Positions 1-14,279 are shown, counted from the stretch's first letter. The stretch: 64,000 bases of DNA from Lytechinus pictus (GCF_037042905.1 NC_087250.1:14076001-14140000); one strand, 5' to 3'. Program-made: numbers and translations. The notes: generated by a model not told the origin, from the letters alone.

Positions 1-375
1 ATCCAAGATTTCATGGGGAGGGGGGCCAAAATTTGACCTGATTTTTGGCGCCCATGTGTACTTTTCGAAAAATGGCGCCCCCTCCCTCCCGGCCATGCTA
101 TCTTAAATGTAACTTAAATGTATTTTGAATTATCTTATTACATAATCACGTTTAAAAAAAAGGCAATTAAAGACCACTTTTTTAATGTGTTCTTGATAAA
201 AAATCCATGAATATAATGTAATATCAATGGGAGCGCGAAGCACGAGCGATTTTTGGGGGTCTCAATTTGGTTTAACTTCTCACCAGAGTAGTCCCTACTA
301 GAATATTGTGTGAACGGGAGCTGATAACGTCTTGGGAATAATGCAATCTCGAAGCAATCGACTCAATCTCCTCAT

Positions 376-1797
376 CAGTGGCGAAGCTGTGATTTATTCA
401 GCAGGGTTGCACGGGGGGGGGGGGGGGGGGCTTGTCTAACTTTTTGTAGAGGGCACCAAGATAAAAAAATAAATAAAATGGGGGGTAGAAGTTAAAGACA
501 TTCCGAAATTTTATTCTTAAAAACACATTGAGGTATCTCACAAAGCCTAAATATATAATGATAACGCGAAGCGCGATATATTTGACATAATATTTGGAAT
601 ATAATATTATGTTTCACCATAATCCCTTTCCTTTTTTTTTTTTTTTGGGGGGGGGGGGCAAAACGCCCATGTCCTAACAATCCTAGCTTTACTTTATAAA
701 CAACATTAATGTGCAATAATCTCATAAACCCTATGCGAGATTAAAAAAAAAATTTTTCATGTATTTTGACCTGAAAATTTAACATTCTTGGCAATGTTTG
801 TGAACCTGAACAAGATGCGTATGTAACTAGATAATTACTACGAGCGCGAAGCGCGATCAGAAATTTTTAATGTGCGTTCTGGCCTGGTCGAATAGGGACC
901 TGTTAAGGAAGTTTTGCAGTTAGCCATTAAGACGATACATATTTCAACGATTAAATAATGCGAGCGCGAAGCGCGAGCTGAACATTTTTGATATCCCAAC
1001 CTAAAAAATTAGATTTCAAGCCCCCAACGGGACACTCGATCATGTTTTGTCACTCATGAAAAATGATGGGTAGTTTTGGGTATCTTCCTACATTAATAAT
1101 GCGAGCGCAAAGCGCGAGCAGAAAATTTTTGATATTCTGATCTGAAACTGGATAATTTTAGCACGTTTTGAATAAGATCAAGATGCGTATCTCGATAAAC
1201 ATGCGTGCACGTATTTTAGAGTTAGACAGAATCTGGGCATTCTGAATACATTTCATTTTTCATCATGAAAATCAATAATGCGAGCGCAGATCGCGAGCTG
1301 GAAATAATATTTGAAATTCCGATATGGAATGGGTCAATTTAAGCAATATTTAAAGCACTGTGTATATAGGGGAATTGTGAAGTGGATGTGGAAAGCACTT
1401 AATAAATGATGCGAGCGCGAAGCGCGAGCTGATATTTTATTATTATTTTAAACTAGGATCGAGAAATTTTAGGCCTAAGGACATTTTGTCATTATATAAA
1501 TATGATGCTTATCTTTTTATTCCTCTTCCTAAAACTTGTCGATATTTTTTTCTGAAAAGGGACAATTTAGTTATGAATTCATATTTTTTTTAATTTCATA
1601 TTTATTAATCTAATAAGCCTAATGAGTGCGTGAAATTTGTTGACAGTGCATGAGGCCTGAAAAACTGGATATTTTTTGTAATCATGAACAGGATTCATGG
1701 GTTGATACATTTATAGCAAATAATGCGAGCGCAAATCGCGATCCGAAATTTGTAAATGGGGGGAATTCAAGTAGTTTGTTATAGAATATATAGGTAC
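376..1797 (+). mobile_element. Non-autonomous DNA element of the GCGAGCGCGAAGCGCGAGC-motif family (partial copy)
   Basis: Begins CAGTGGCG followed by poly-G. The motif recurs at about 840, 960, 1100, 1280, 1410 and 1725. The body resembles the reverse complement of 9614-11489 and 36365-38730. Confidence 0.65.
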
Positions 1798-2943
1798 AGT
1801 GGCGTACCGTGGGTCACGGCATTGGGGGAGGGGGGGGGGCACCACCACAAATTTGGTGTCACTTAGGGAGCGCGCTCAGTTGCCAGGTATACTGACCTAA
1901 TAGAGACATTTTAAGGACATGCAATGCCATTAAACGGATAAGTATATCACTGATTAAATAATGCGAGCGCGAAGCGCGAGCTGAAAATTTTTGATATTCA
2001 GACCTAAAAGGGACATTATAAGCACATTTTTTGTAATCGTGATACGTACCTGTCTCGCTAAACAAACAATGCGAGCGCGAAGCGCGAGCTGAAATTTTTG
2101 TATATATTGATCCCAAACAGGGACATTTTAAGGACTATATTTTAGGTATCCATTAAGAGTATAAATATCTCAGCATAGTAATCTAATGATAGTGCCATCC
2201 TTTGCTGATTTTGTAAGAATTACATCTAAACTTTTTGTAGTCATTGTAATCATGATTATCATACGCATCTCACTAATCAAAATTTATGAAATTCAGACCT
2301 GAAGAGGGGCATTCTAAGGCTTGTTTGTAGGAATTCACTAAGTCCTTACGTATTTCACTAACCAAATGATGCGAGCGCGAAGCGCGAGCTGAAAATTTGT
2401 GATATTCAGGTCAGAAAAATTGACATTTTAAGGACTGATTTTAGGAATTCATGAAGAGTAGACATCTCACCAATCAACTAATGCGAACGTTAGCACGGAC
2501 AGGAAATGTTTTATATTAAGACCTTAAAATTGGGCAATCACTTTAAGTAGTCATGAAAAAGAAGCAAATGTCACTACATTAAACAATAATAACTCGAATT
2601 GCGAGGAAATATATTTGGTGTATATTGATTTGAAAACGGGATGTTTTAGTACAACATGACTATACATCTCGTTAAACAGTCTATGCGAGCACCAGGAACA
2701 ATGAAGACATAGGCCCTGAGCAAACTGTTTCATAAAGTCATGAAAAAATGCTTCTTATGTAACATAATTATGATATATGTTTATTATAATTGTTTATAAT
2801 AAACAACAATTTCTTCTTTCCCCATTACGTTTCTCTTCCTTTCTCCCTCTTTTCCCCCTTTTCCCCGTTTTTTTTTTTTTTTTTTTTTTTTTTTTTGGGG
2901 GGGGGCAGCCGATTGGGGGGTGCACGTGCAATCGAGGCACCTG
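1797..2943 (+). mobile_element. Related non-autonomous element with CAGTGGCGTACC/poly-G start and GCGCGAAGC motifs
   Basis: CAGTGGCGTACCG plus poly-G at the left, motifs at about 1963, 2070 and 2370, and a pyrimidine/poly-T/poly-G tract at the right end. Confidence 0.55.
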
Positions 2944-3406
2944 AAAAGGAATATTTGGAGAATCTTATATGAAATACACAAAGATAATAGGTAGGCCTAC
3001 ATTATTTTAAAGTTTCGCTTAATTTCACAAACCAGTTATATTCACATTCTTGTCGGTATGCAAATGAGGAGATTGATGACATCACTCACTCACTACTTTT
3101 TTTGTATTTTAGTATATGAAATATAAAAATTCAATTTTTCTCCGTTGTCGTGTGAAACAACGATTAATTCCTCCCTGATCATGAGCAATTAGCATTGTTT
3201 AATACTAAATGGTTCAATCAAGTTGGTCCATATTGTAAAATTTGTAAAAATGAAATATTGTATAATTCTAACAATAAAAAACAAAGAAATTAGTGAGTGA
3301 GGGACATCATCGACTGTCTCATTTGCATGTCACTGAGTTGTGCATATCACTGTTTTGTGAAAAATAAGCAAAATTTAAAAATGTTAGTGTTTTTCAAGTC
3401 AATATA

Positions 3407-3738
3407 CATAGGCCGATCCAAGGGGCAAAGTTTTTGCCCCCCCCATGGTCTCTCTTCCCCCCTCTTCTTTCCCCGCTTCCTCTTTTTTCTTCCCCCTCCC
3501 CCTCCCTTTTTCTTCTCTTCCTTCCCCCTCTTCCTCTTTTTTCTCTTTCTTTCCCCTCTTCTTCTTCTTTTCTTTCCCCTCTTCTTTTTTCTTCTTTTCT
3601 TTCCCCTCTCTTTTTTCTTCTCTTCTTTCCTCCCTCTTCCTCTATCTCCTTTTCTTTTCCCCTCTTCCTTTCTTCTTTTCTTTCCCCTCTTCCCCTCTTT
3701 TTTCTCTTTCTTTCCCTCTCTTTTTTTTTTTTTTGCCG

Positions 3739-3769
<31 letters not shown>

Positions 3770-3805
3770 AGGCCCCCTCGGCCCCCCCCCATGGATCCGC
3801 GCCTG
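3407..3805. mobile_element. Short MITE with imperfect CATAGGCCGATCC ... GGATCCGCGCCTG ends and a polypyrimidine core
   Basis: Imperfect terminal inverted repeats surround about 300 bp of C/T low-complexity sequence and a long G run. Confidence 0.6.
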
Positions 3806-5822
3806 GATACTCTATTCATGCTTTGCAAATCATGAAAACTGGGCAGTTGGGTATCCTCCTACTAAATAATACGAGCGCGAATCGCGAGAAGAAATTTTTT
3901 GATATTCTTATCTGAAACTGGATAATTTAAGCACGTTATAAATAAATAAAAAACTGTGTATCTCAATAAACATGCGTGAGCGTGTTCGAGATTTAGACCT
4001 ATAATCTGGGCATTCTACATGTTTTATCATGAAGATCAATAATGCGAGCGCGAGCTGAAAATATTTGATACTCCGATCTCAAAAAGGCTCAATCTAATTA
4101 CTATTTTAAGAACTGTGTAGGGTAATTGTGAAGTGGATATGGATTGCACTTAATAGATGATGCGAGCACGAAGCGCGAGTTGATTTTTTTCTTTTTATTA
4201 TTTTGACCTATGACCGGGACATTCTAAGAACATTCGTCATGATATGAAAATGATTACTATCCTCATATTCATCTTCTTAAGCGCGAGATGAAAATTGCCG
4301 ATATTCCATTCTGAAAAAGGGACACAGGAATTCATAAAAATGTTATCAACTTATTAATTAATCTAATAAGCTTAATGAGAGCGCGAAATTTGTTGGATTC
4401 AAGGCCTAAAAACTGGACATTTTAGGCACTTTTTTAATTATTGATTTGATGCATGGGTAAACATATTTTTCACAATTGATCATGCGAGCGCAAATCACGA
4501 GCCGACATTTTTCATTGATAAACTGTCATGAAAAGGGGATTTTAAAGAGTTTGTTATATAATTATTATAAAGGTATACATAACTCGATCAAAATACGAGC
4601 GTATAGCGCTAACTGATAAGTTTTGACAAAAAAATCAAACCTGAAAAGGGATATTTTTAGAACTTCATGGAATACACGAAGAAGATAGGTACCTTACGAA
4701 TCAAATAATGCTAGCGCGCAGCACGAGCTAAAAATGTTGATATTCAGACCATAAACGGACATTTTACAAAGAACGATGCCCGAGTTGAATTATGTTTCGT
4801 ATATTGACTTCAAATTTGATATTTTAAGCTCTACATCAGCCTATATATTCGGCAAGATATGTATCATTGATCAGGCAATACATAGTGACACGAAATTTTT
4901 TTATATATTTTCTAAATAAACGTCTTTCAAATCACAAACATGAAACACGGAAAAAGGGGCGATTGGAAAGACGTTTCTGTAGAATCACGAATCAAAAAGG
5001 TCGTATAAACGCAATCGTGATTTGAATCATGATTCTATGACGTCACTATGTGTCGGGCTACTTTCGGTTTGACTCTTGCCAATTCAAGGCGCGCGCTATA
5101 TTGTATGTATGTGCTATGCATTTCTTGTCATGTTCAAGTTCTGTGTTGGTCATCGCATCGTCCACTGCTTTTCATTTTTTGGTCATGTCTTCAAGTTCTT
5201 CAAGTTCTCGTAAATGAACTAACTGATCAGACAATGATCTCAGTTGTTGTTGAGTGTCAATATTAAATTGGATCTACGCTGAAATTCACTTCCGAAACCA
5301 TTGCGATAAACCGACAAGATGAATAGAAGTAAACAAAATGAGGTATAAGCGACTGAATTCTGAAGGCAAAAGATTCATTTTTCGCGAGCCGAAACATGTG
5401 CAAAAAGCTGACCTCTACTTCCTCTGTCAAACTGCGCACTAGTGATGCCCACTGGATCGGCCCGATTCCGAGGAAAAACAGCATTGGAATGAAGGCCGTC
5501 TAAACGCTGATTCTGTGGTATTGTGATTCATGTTTGTGTTTTGAATCATGATTCAGATCATGATTCAAATCATTATTCTGGCTTGAGGTCGCATAAACGC
5601 AGCCCTAAACGCAATCGTGATTCTACAGAATCATGATTTGAATCGTGATTCTAATCATGATTCTAGGGTAAAAAAGTGGCGCATAAACGCACCCTAAGTC
5701 TTCCCCTCATCTTATTTTATTCACTCGTCTTCCTCCTCGTATTTTCCTTTCTATTTCTTTCTCTCCCCCTTTTTTCTGCTCCGCCAATAGAGGGCCCGGG
5801 CCCCCCTGGATCGGGGGGGGGG
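3806..5822 (+). mobile_element. GCGCGAAGC-family element copy, interrupted at about 4870-5696
   Basis: The body is colinear with 47500-48720. The terminal segment (aagtcttcccctcatcttattttattcactcg...ctccgccaatag...ggatc) resumes at about 5697. Confidence 0.6.
4975..5695. mobile_element. MITE fragment with AATCATGATT subterminal repeats, Harbinger-like right end
   Basis: Clusters of AATC(A/G)TGATT and GCATAAACGC at 4980-5040 and 5520-5690, ending GCATAAACGCACCC followed by TAA. Left end not found. Confidence 0.45.
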
Positions 5823-5824
5823 GG

Positions 5825-6000
5825 GTGGATGTCTGGGGGTTAGATGTCCGGAGGGTAGATGTCCGGGGGGTAGATGTCCAGGTGGTAGATGTCCGGGGAG
5901 TAGATGTCCGGGGGTGGATGTCCTTGGGGTGGATATCCGGGGGGTGTTTGTCCGGGGGGTGGATGTCCAGGGGATATTTGTCCTACGGGGGTGGATGTCC
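5825..6000. repeat. 15-bp G-rich tandem repeat (GGGGGTAGATGTCCG), MITE-subterminal type
   Basis: TAGATGTCC at 5841, 5856, 5871, 5886 and 5901, degenerating outward. A similar GGGGTAATTGTCC array lies at 39350-39425. Confidence 0.85.
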
Positions 6001-6678
6001 TGATACGCCCAATATGTGATGAGCGATAATCCCAAAATATTTCCTCCCCTAGTCTTTGACCTGAGCGCGCCATTCCAGAGACTTTATAGTAGGATGGGGG
6101 GTCGGGTGTCCGGACACTTTGCATTTTTGAAGTCTTCTTTTTTGCCTTTGGATTACACTAAAAATATGAATCCAATAGTTGTAATCATTTTCTATTTTGT
6201 TATTTTAATATTTCCTAACATTTTGTACCAAAACTTCGCTTGTAATTTTTTCCAAATAACTTTCTAAAATCAATAGTCCGGACACACAAAAACTGGGTAT
6301 ACACATAATATTCTTTGAGCCAGTTCGTAAAAAAAATTAAGATTAAATTAAGATGATCACTCAACAGCCGACAATGTGTAATATCTTATTCCAAGTATTT
6401 GTACGTTTAGCAAATTATTGTTCAATATGTTTGGTTTTAGTACTCGCAATTTTGCAATCGTTTTCATAATAATTATTATAAGTTTATTAAGTTTGCATCA
6501 TATCTTTTATGATATTGATATCAATTGGTTTGTACACTCGGTTTCAGTAATAATATTCTTTTTAGTATAATAGAAATGATAATATCCTCCTCCCACCCCT
6601 TTTCTTCTCTTCCTTCTTCCTCTCCTTGTTATTATTCTATCCTTGGTTTGTTCACATAATATTGGTCCAATCATTATA

Positions 6679-7704
6679 CAGCGCGTCCCAAAAAAAATGT
6701 CCCTCTGACATAGGGCTGAATTAATTATAAAATGTGGTAGTATTCTCAAATAAATGTTCATGAGTGGAAAGCTCATCTCCTGATCTAACTTCTATGAAAA
6801 TTTCATTGGTCACGCTTCAGCGGTTTTGAATACACACTCTGTTACGTGCAAATGGTGCGTTTTAGCCCATTCCAAGTTTGCAGCATTGATGCATTTCTGC
6901 ATTGTGTATGGCATATCAACTCCAATTTTTACATCAAGGATCTGAGCAGGGACATTTCCCTTATCATATCCAGGCTCATCAAATCATAAACTTTGGCATG
7001 TTTAGAAGGATAAGAAACATAAAAATTAAGATTGTTTGATGATTGATAAGGGGGATCAGTGCAACATCTTGGAAAGAAAATGTGAATGATGGATGAGTAA
7101 AATAAGCTGAAAATAAAGGTTAATCCACAAGTTAATCACCCTTTGCGAAAAGGAACTTTACCAGAGAAATATTTGACTTTTTAAAGTTACATTGGATTAA
7201 CTTAACAACAGTAGCTTATCAACTAAAAAAATAATGAAAACAAAAATGCAGTATTAGGCATGAATTAGGCATGAAACGGACATGACCTGTTGTCCTAATC
7301 ATTGTGCATCTCCTGTTATCAAACATGAAATGAACTGTCAAATATTATTTTTGCCCTTCTGAACATGCTAATGGTTGTGATTTGACGAGCCTGGTTAGAT
7401 CATGGAGATTTCCCTGGTCAGATCAGGGAATTCCTTGGTCAGAACTTTCTAAGGGGGTTGATATGCTAGAAAGTGCAGAACACACAGCAGTGCTGCATAC
7501 ATGCAAACTTGGAATGGGCTGAAAAGCACCACTGTTAAATAACAGACTGTGTATTCAAAACCACTGAAGCGAGATCAATGAATTTTTTATAGAAGTTAGA
7601 ACATGGTATGAGCTTCCTGAATCCATACATTTCATTGAGAATAATTTTTATTTTTGAAGTAATTTAGCCGCATATCAGAGGGACATTTTTTTTGGGACGC
7701 GCTG
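6679..7704. mobile_element. Tc1/mariner-type non-autonomous element with long TIRs
   Basis: TA|CAGCGCGTCCCAAAAAAAATGTCCCTCTGA ... TCAGAGGGACATTTTTTTTGGGACGCGCTG|TA. TA target duplication, with diverged inverted arms extending several hundred bp. Confidence 0.9.
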
Positions 7705-8567
7705 TATAGGATCACAAACACCGGCGATATATCAACAGAATATTTCAGCCAGTTTGCCGATCAGCATAGTATTTCAGCAGCGGTGAATCAAGCCTAGACT
7801 TTCCAGAAAATCAAAGTGAAATTGTTCTATGTTGCGCATTGTGATTTGTTTACTCTCCGAAATTTTGAAATGTTTGCAAGGCAATAAAAATACTGTAAAC
7901 ATCATAAACCTTCTCCCATTAGGCCTCCCGTACTTTGCAAAATTGTACGACTGCATGCGCGCATTTGATATGCAAATTTTGACGTCAACAAACTTTTCTA
8001 CATTGATCGCAAGTAAGAAAGTAATCATTGTGATGCTGCCAGCATTGGAAATCTAAAATCATCAATTAACTGGATCAATGCGTAAATCATTTTCAAAATT
8101 TATCAATAAAAAGTCATTTAATGACTCACGAGTTATTGTGATGCTGGTTACATCAAGACCATGGGAAAAAAAGGAGTCAATTAGGCCCTATTTTATATAT
8201 GATTTCTATGTGTAGATCTATATGGAAAATAAATAATAACAATTATCAAAAGTGAAGAAATTAATTACCAGCAATCAGCATCATAGTAATTAGGAAACTA
8301 TAGGCCTACTTGAAAAAAATGCAATCTTGTTTTTTTATACCTTAGTGTCTGGGACACGTCAGACACTGTGATATGGCCTATGCAATTTCTGAGGTCAACT
8401 TAGTGAACACCAAATCATATTAAAACATGTTAAATTTGACCTAGAACGATAATGCCTAGGCCTGAGTGTTATTTTTAATACTCATCCTTTCCAAATCATT
8501 AGAAAATAGGATTAATAAATTGAATTTGTTTATGACCAAAGCAAAAAGAAATTGGAGCTGTATATCG

Positions 8568-9041
8568 CCGGGGGGGGGGGGGGGTACTCACGAAATAAGG
8601 CATACGGGGATGTGTCGCTGGAATGGGTCGCTTTTTGGAAGAAATCCCTAGACATGGGGTATGGTTTTATCCTGGAAAATCCCTAAACATAGCCCCAATT
8701 TCAAGTTAGATACTGGCCTTAAACATGGGTCCATATTTCCGGTTTTCATTCATTTCAGGAGTTTTTTTTCGTGACTTACATCTCTGACGTTTGTGTTTTT
8801 TTCTCCATCAGTCCCAAGTACAGGGAAAGAGAAAAACAAAACGCATTTTTTAATGGAGTTATTATTTTGTACGATGAATTCTTAAACCCACCCTTAAACA
8901 TGGGCCCTTTTGGGATGAAATATTTCCCTAATATTGGGTACCTTTGTAGCCAAAATGACCCTTGAATATGGGTATGGGTTTTTAGCCTTCAGCCGCACAC
9001 CCGTCCGAACCATATTTAAGTACACCGCCCCCCGGGGGGGG
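8568..9041. mobile_element. MITE with CCGGG(G)nTACTC ... GTAC..CCCCCCGGG ends
   Basis: Inverted G/C-run termini flanked by the direct repeat GTATATCG (8560-8567 and 9042-9049). Confidence 0.7.
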
Positions 9042-9085
9042 GTATATCGTTGACATGTATTATAGTTGTAGGATTGGCCTATATT

Positions 9086-12000
9086 TATGGTGGCCCTGAA
9101 GGGACATCGCAAATAGACCAAATCGCGAATATTCACGACGAAATTGGCGACGAAATTCACGACGTCGCCAATTTCGTCGTGAATTTCGTCGCCAATTATT
9201 CACGACGTCGTGAATTTCGTCGCCAATTTCGTCGTGAATTTGTTTTGCTTGCCTGGGCGGTATGCGGGTTGAAACCAATTCGTCTGCTGCTAATGGTCCA
9301 ATAACCATTTGGTCCAGTCATCACTTCGTCTAATCACCAGTTCGTCTATGACCATTTCGTCTCATAACTAGTTGATCTAATATCAATATTATTTTCCTTA
9401 ATTTCGCCCAATTAACACTTAGTTCAATTAGACCAAATGGCCTATGGAATAAATGGAAATTTGACCAACTTGGTTATTAGACGAAATGGCAGTCAGACAA
9501 TGTGGATAGTGGACGAACTAATGGTAGACCAAATGATAGCAGACGAGTTGGCATTAGACCAATTGAAAATAAACAATTTAAACAACAGAACGATGTCCAC
9601 TGCTATCCATATGCATAGGCGGATCCAGGGGGAGGGGGGCCGAGGGGCCCGCCCCCCGCCCCCCCCCCTTATTGGCGGAGCAAAAAAAAGGAAAAAAGGA
9701 GGGAAAGAGAGTAGAAAAAAAGAAGAGGAGGAGACGAGTGAATAAAGTAAGATGAGGGGAAGACATATGGAAATAAAATTAATCTTTCATGTCACTGTAT
9801 AAAATTTTCGCTCGCGCTTCACGCTCACATTGCCTGTTAGGTGATTTTCATATCTTGTTCAATATGGAGTTTAAATTTCAAGTTTGAAAGTCAATATACA
9901 AAACGTACTTCATCTCGAAATTCAAACTTTCATTATTTTGCGTGATTTACAAATTGATTTTTAAAAAGTGCTCTGTAAATATGACAGTTTTATGGTGTGA
10001 ATATTAAAATTTCGATTTATCAGGTACCTATTATTTTCGTGTATTCCATAAAGTTTTCAAAATATCCCTTTTCAGGTCTGATTGTCAAATCGTATCAGCT
10101 AGCGCTGCACTATCGCATTTTGATTGTATGTCTCAATATTGATTATACAATCCCCTTTTCACGACAATGTATACAAAGATTTAGGCTCGCAATTTGCGCT
10201 CGCATTGATTGTTTAAAATATATTAACTGATGCATTATATTTATAATTACAAAAGTGCTTGAAATGTCCAGTTTTCAGGCCATAATATCATCAGAATTCG
10301 CACCCTCATTAGGCATTAATGAATAAGATATTAATTTGATAATTGAATTGTCCCTTTTGTTTCATCTCGCGCTTAGCAAGAGGAATAGGAAGACAGTCAT
10401 CATTTTCATATGATGACATGTCCTACATGTCCTAAGGATGTACCGGTCCTATGTAAAAACTCAAAGTAATTATAATGAAAAAAACAGCTCTGTGCAATCC
10501 ATATCCACCTTACAATTTTCTTACAAAGTGCTTGAAATATAGAGCTGAAATTGACTCTTTTTTTTTCAGATCGGAATATCAAATAATTTAAGCTCGCGCT
10601 TCGCGCTCGCTTTGATTTTCATGATAAAAGATGTATTTAGAATGCCTCGATTCTAGGTCTAAATATGAAACACACGTGCGCATGTTTATTCACATATTCA
10701 ACTTGTTCTCTATTTAAATCATCCAGTTTCAGATCACAATATAAACAATTTTCTGCTCGCGCTTTGTGCTCGCATCATTAATGTAGGAATTACTCATTCT
10801 TTTCAAAATCTACAAATCATGAATAGAGTGTCCCGTATTTAGGTCTAAATCTCGATTTTTTCCGCTCGCGCTTCGCGCTCGCATCAATTGTTTAGTTATA
10901 TAGCTATCCTGTTCACTATTACAAAATTTGATTAAAAGTTTTCCATTCTTTATGTAGAAATGTCAAAAATTTTCAGCTCGCGCTTCGCGCTCGCATCAAT
11001 TGTTTATTATATACCTATTCTGTTTAAGTTATAAAAAGTCCTTAGAATTTCCATTCGTTATGTAAAAATGTCAAAAAAATTCAGCTCGCGCATCGCGCTC
11101 GCATTATTTGATTTCTAAAATATATAACGTCTTCATGACTAACTGCATGCAGTCTTTAACAGGTACCTTTTCCATCAGTTCATTTTTGCTCGCGCTTCGC
11201 GTTCGTAGTAATTATTTATTTGCATACACATCTTTTTTAGGAAAACAAACATTGCCCAGAATGTTCAAATTTTAGGAAAAAATACATAAGATTTCCAAAA
11301 AAATTTAGCTTCGCGCTCACATTTTATAGATTATGATATTCTATATTTATGTTGATTTATAAGAATAAAGCTAAGAAGACTACTCCTTCACAGAAACCAA
11401 AAATCATCTTCGAGCGGCCGATCGGGGAAAATATGGCTGAAAAATAATTCCGCTTCCCCCCCTATTGGCGAAGGCTGGATCCGCCCCTGGAACACCTAAC
11501 AGGCAATGCAAGCGCGAAGCGCGAGCGAAAATTTTATATAGTGACATGAAAGATTCTTTTTATTTCCATGTCTTCCCCTCATCTTATTTTTTTCACCTGT
11601 CTTCCTCCTCTTCTTTTTTTCTACTCTCTTTTCCCTCCTTTTTTCCTTTTTTTTTGCTCCGCCAATAGGGGAGGGGGGGCGGGCCCCTCGGCTCCCCTCC
11701 CCCCTGGATCCGCCTATGCATATGGATAGCAGTGGACATCGTTCTGTCGTTTCAATGGTTTATTTTCAATTGGTCTAATGCCAACTCGTCTGCTATCATT
11801 TTGGTCTACCATCAGTTCGTCAACTATCCACATGGTCTAACTACCACTTCGTTTATAACCAAGTTGGTCCAATTTCCATTTATTCCATTTGCCATTTGAT
11901 CTAATTGAACTAAGTGTTAATTGGGCGAAATTAAGGAAAATAAAAGTGATATTAGACCAATGGTTATTGGACCATATGCTTGTTAGGCGAAAAGTTAATG

Positions 12001-12332
12001 GACAGAATTGCATTAGACTAAATGAATGTAGACCCTGTTGTGAGTGGAGGAATTAGCAGCAGACGAATGGGTTTCAACCCGCATACCACCCAGGCAAGCA
12101 AAACAAATTCACGACGAAATTGGCGACGAAATTCACGACGTCGTGAATTTCGTCGTGAATAATTCGCGACGAAATTGGCGACGAAATTCACGATGTCGTG
12201 AATTTCGTCACCAATTTTGTCGTGAATATTCAAATTGACGACGAAATTGGCGACGTCGTGAATTTCGTCGCCAATTTCGTCGTGAATATTCGCGATTTGG
12301 TCTATTTGCGATGTCCCTTCAGGGCGATTATA
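9086..12332. repeat. Large inverted duplication (arms about 9086-9843 and 11493-12332)
   Basis: The arms are reverse complements across three different repeat modules and their junctions, e.g. cgatgtccactgctatccatatgcataggcggatcc at about 9591 versus ggatccgcctatgcatatggatagcagtggacatcg at about 11706. Confidence 0.85.
9614..11489 (-). mobile_element. Complete ~1.9-kb GCGCGAAGC-family non-autonomous element (hAT-like ends)
   Basis: Ends CATAGGCGGATCCAG ... CTGGATCCGCCCCTG with many GCTCGCGCTTCGCGCTCGC motifs. Colinear with 36365-38730. Confidence 0.8.
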
Positions 12333-14279
12333 GATTATGTGCTATAGATAGTATAGGGATTTTTGTCCTCAGTTTTGTTAGATTTTTTTTAATTTGAACT
12401 TTAATCCAATGCAATATTTACAATTTTGCTTTTCCATTTGTTTTTGCGCTCATATTTCATCATTTTGTTGCGATTCTGTGCTCATCCGTGTACATGCCCC
12501 ATAAGTACTGTACGCGCATGGCAGGCTGCAAAAACCTATCGAGTAATGGCGGCCGGTCTCTGCGTGATGACAGGTGTCACGCGCGTAAAACATTCCCCAT
12601 AGACTTGTGTGCTAAAATGGCACTTAAAATTCATAAAAAATAAATGTGAAAATAGAGGGTCGAATGTTTACTACCTTTGGATAGGATATATATCTGACAT
12701 TCCATATCTGACCAGAGAAGGGTATCGTAGCCAGCTCATTTTAAAAATAAATCGCCATTTATGAAGATAACTATGATGGGATCAAATTCATCAACTGAAA
12801 CAGTAAAATAGCCCCAATTCTTCCGCCAGTCAAAAAAATAGTTCCAAATCATTGATATATCTTCCCAATTTGGGCAAAGGAAGTTCAGTAGTTACCATTT
12901 CTAGAATCAGTGTTAGATTTTGAATCATATTCGTACGCTTTTGTCAATCAGCAATATCAAATTAAAAAAATTCGAATGGGTTGGGTCGAACGAATATCTT
13001 TAGCCCTCCTGATGTAATTAGGCTCATGGCACCGACAGCGATTTGACAAATTACACCCTCTAGCGTTATTAGTACACATTACTATGGTGTGCTCTGAATA
13101 ACATTCTCTTCATAATTATGTTTTTACTTTCATTATACCGTTTTCCGCCGTCAATGAGGCCATGAGTTAAAAGAAGCAGTTCCTAATTAGACATTGGTAT
13201 TGCACAAACTGTGTAGAAGATGATTGCTCACTTAAATCATGGAAAATCATGTGCAGTTCTGATCTACCTATGGCGATCTTATGTTTTATTATGGAAAATG
13301 TCTGCATATTTTCAGTTAGAGGCAATATTGTGACTGATCTTCTATGACATTTTTCCTTCAATTTTCTCCTAATATTGGGGATCCATGGCACATTTCGTGT
13401 ATAGAGCGTTATATATGCGCGCGGATCAAAATAATAATAAAATATTTTGCTTCTTTAACTTTTACTTAAAAACCAGAAAAGCTGTGCCTTTGTAAATCAT
13501 CAGATACGTCTTTGTTGGTAGTTCCTATTGTCCAAACACCTGCATGTTTTCATTAAGGTGCACGTAATCACAAGGCGGCGGATCTCGTTAGATCAAAGAA
13601 ATGATAGCGTTGAAAGTCCATCTCTAATATACAGTGCGTCCCACAAAAAACGAAACCGAGATTTAGCGTTGATTTAACATAACTTAATCATAAATACAAT
13701 AGACAAATGACCTACCAATGTAAAGCTTAGAATCCCCTCTTTCATCTGAAATTACTTAGATTATTCGTCATTCACGCATGAGTGAGCGAGAACAATTTGA
13801 AGGAAGGATACCAAAAACTCATTTGGCGGGGGTATCAGAATTTCAAAAAGAAAATCACATGCCTAAGAAGTTCAATATCTGCACTTTTATTTGATACCTT
13901 AATCACAGAAAATGGTTAAGAAGTAAAAAAGTTCTGTTCCCTCATAACAATGCTTGTTTTTTCCATATATTCATTAATAAACGTGTTTTCACCGGCAGGC
14001 GCGCCGAAACACTTTCAGATTTAGGGGGGCAAAATCCCGAAGGGGGCACAATATTTATGATAGCGTGAGATACCGAAGCGATCGAGCGGGAGAGGGTGTG
14101 GGACCCCCCCACGGTAAGGACTTTGTGTAAAAATGGAATATAAAAGTTGCGTTTCTAAAAGCATTCAAAAATAAATTTCTTGAGAATTAAACATAGAATT
14201 CACTACGAAAGACTACTCATAATTTATGAGAACCTATGAAATCTACTGGTAGGTTGGAGATTAGTAGGATAGTCGAAGA

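Noticed and set aside
3297..3915. Long overlapping F/L/P/S-rich and K/R/E/G-rich ORFs
   Set aside because: Translations of a polypyrimidine/poly-G tract inside a MITE, with no domain signal.
5751..6124. Collagen- or proline-repeat-like ORFs (PPGHL, DIYPP)
   Set aside because: Artefact of a 15-bp tandem repeat that is open in several frames.
13167..13391. Candidate next SAMHD1 exon (also checked 7774-8028 and 15360-15480)
   Set aside because: No resemblance to the expected SAMHD1 peptide in the frames examined, and no convincing splice sites.
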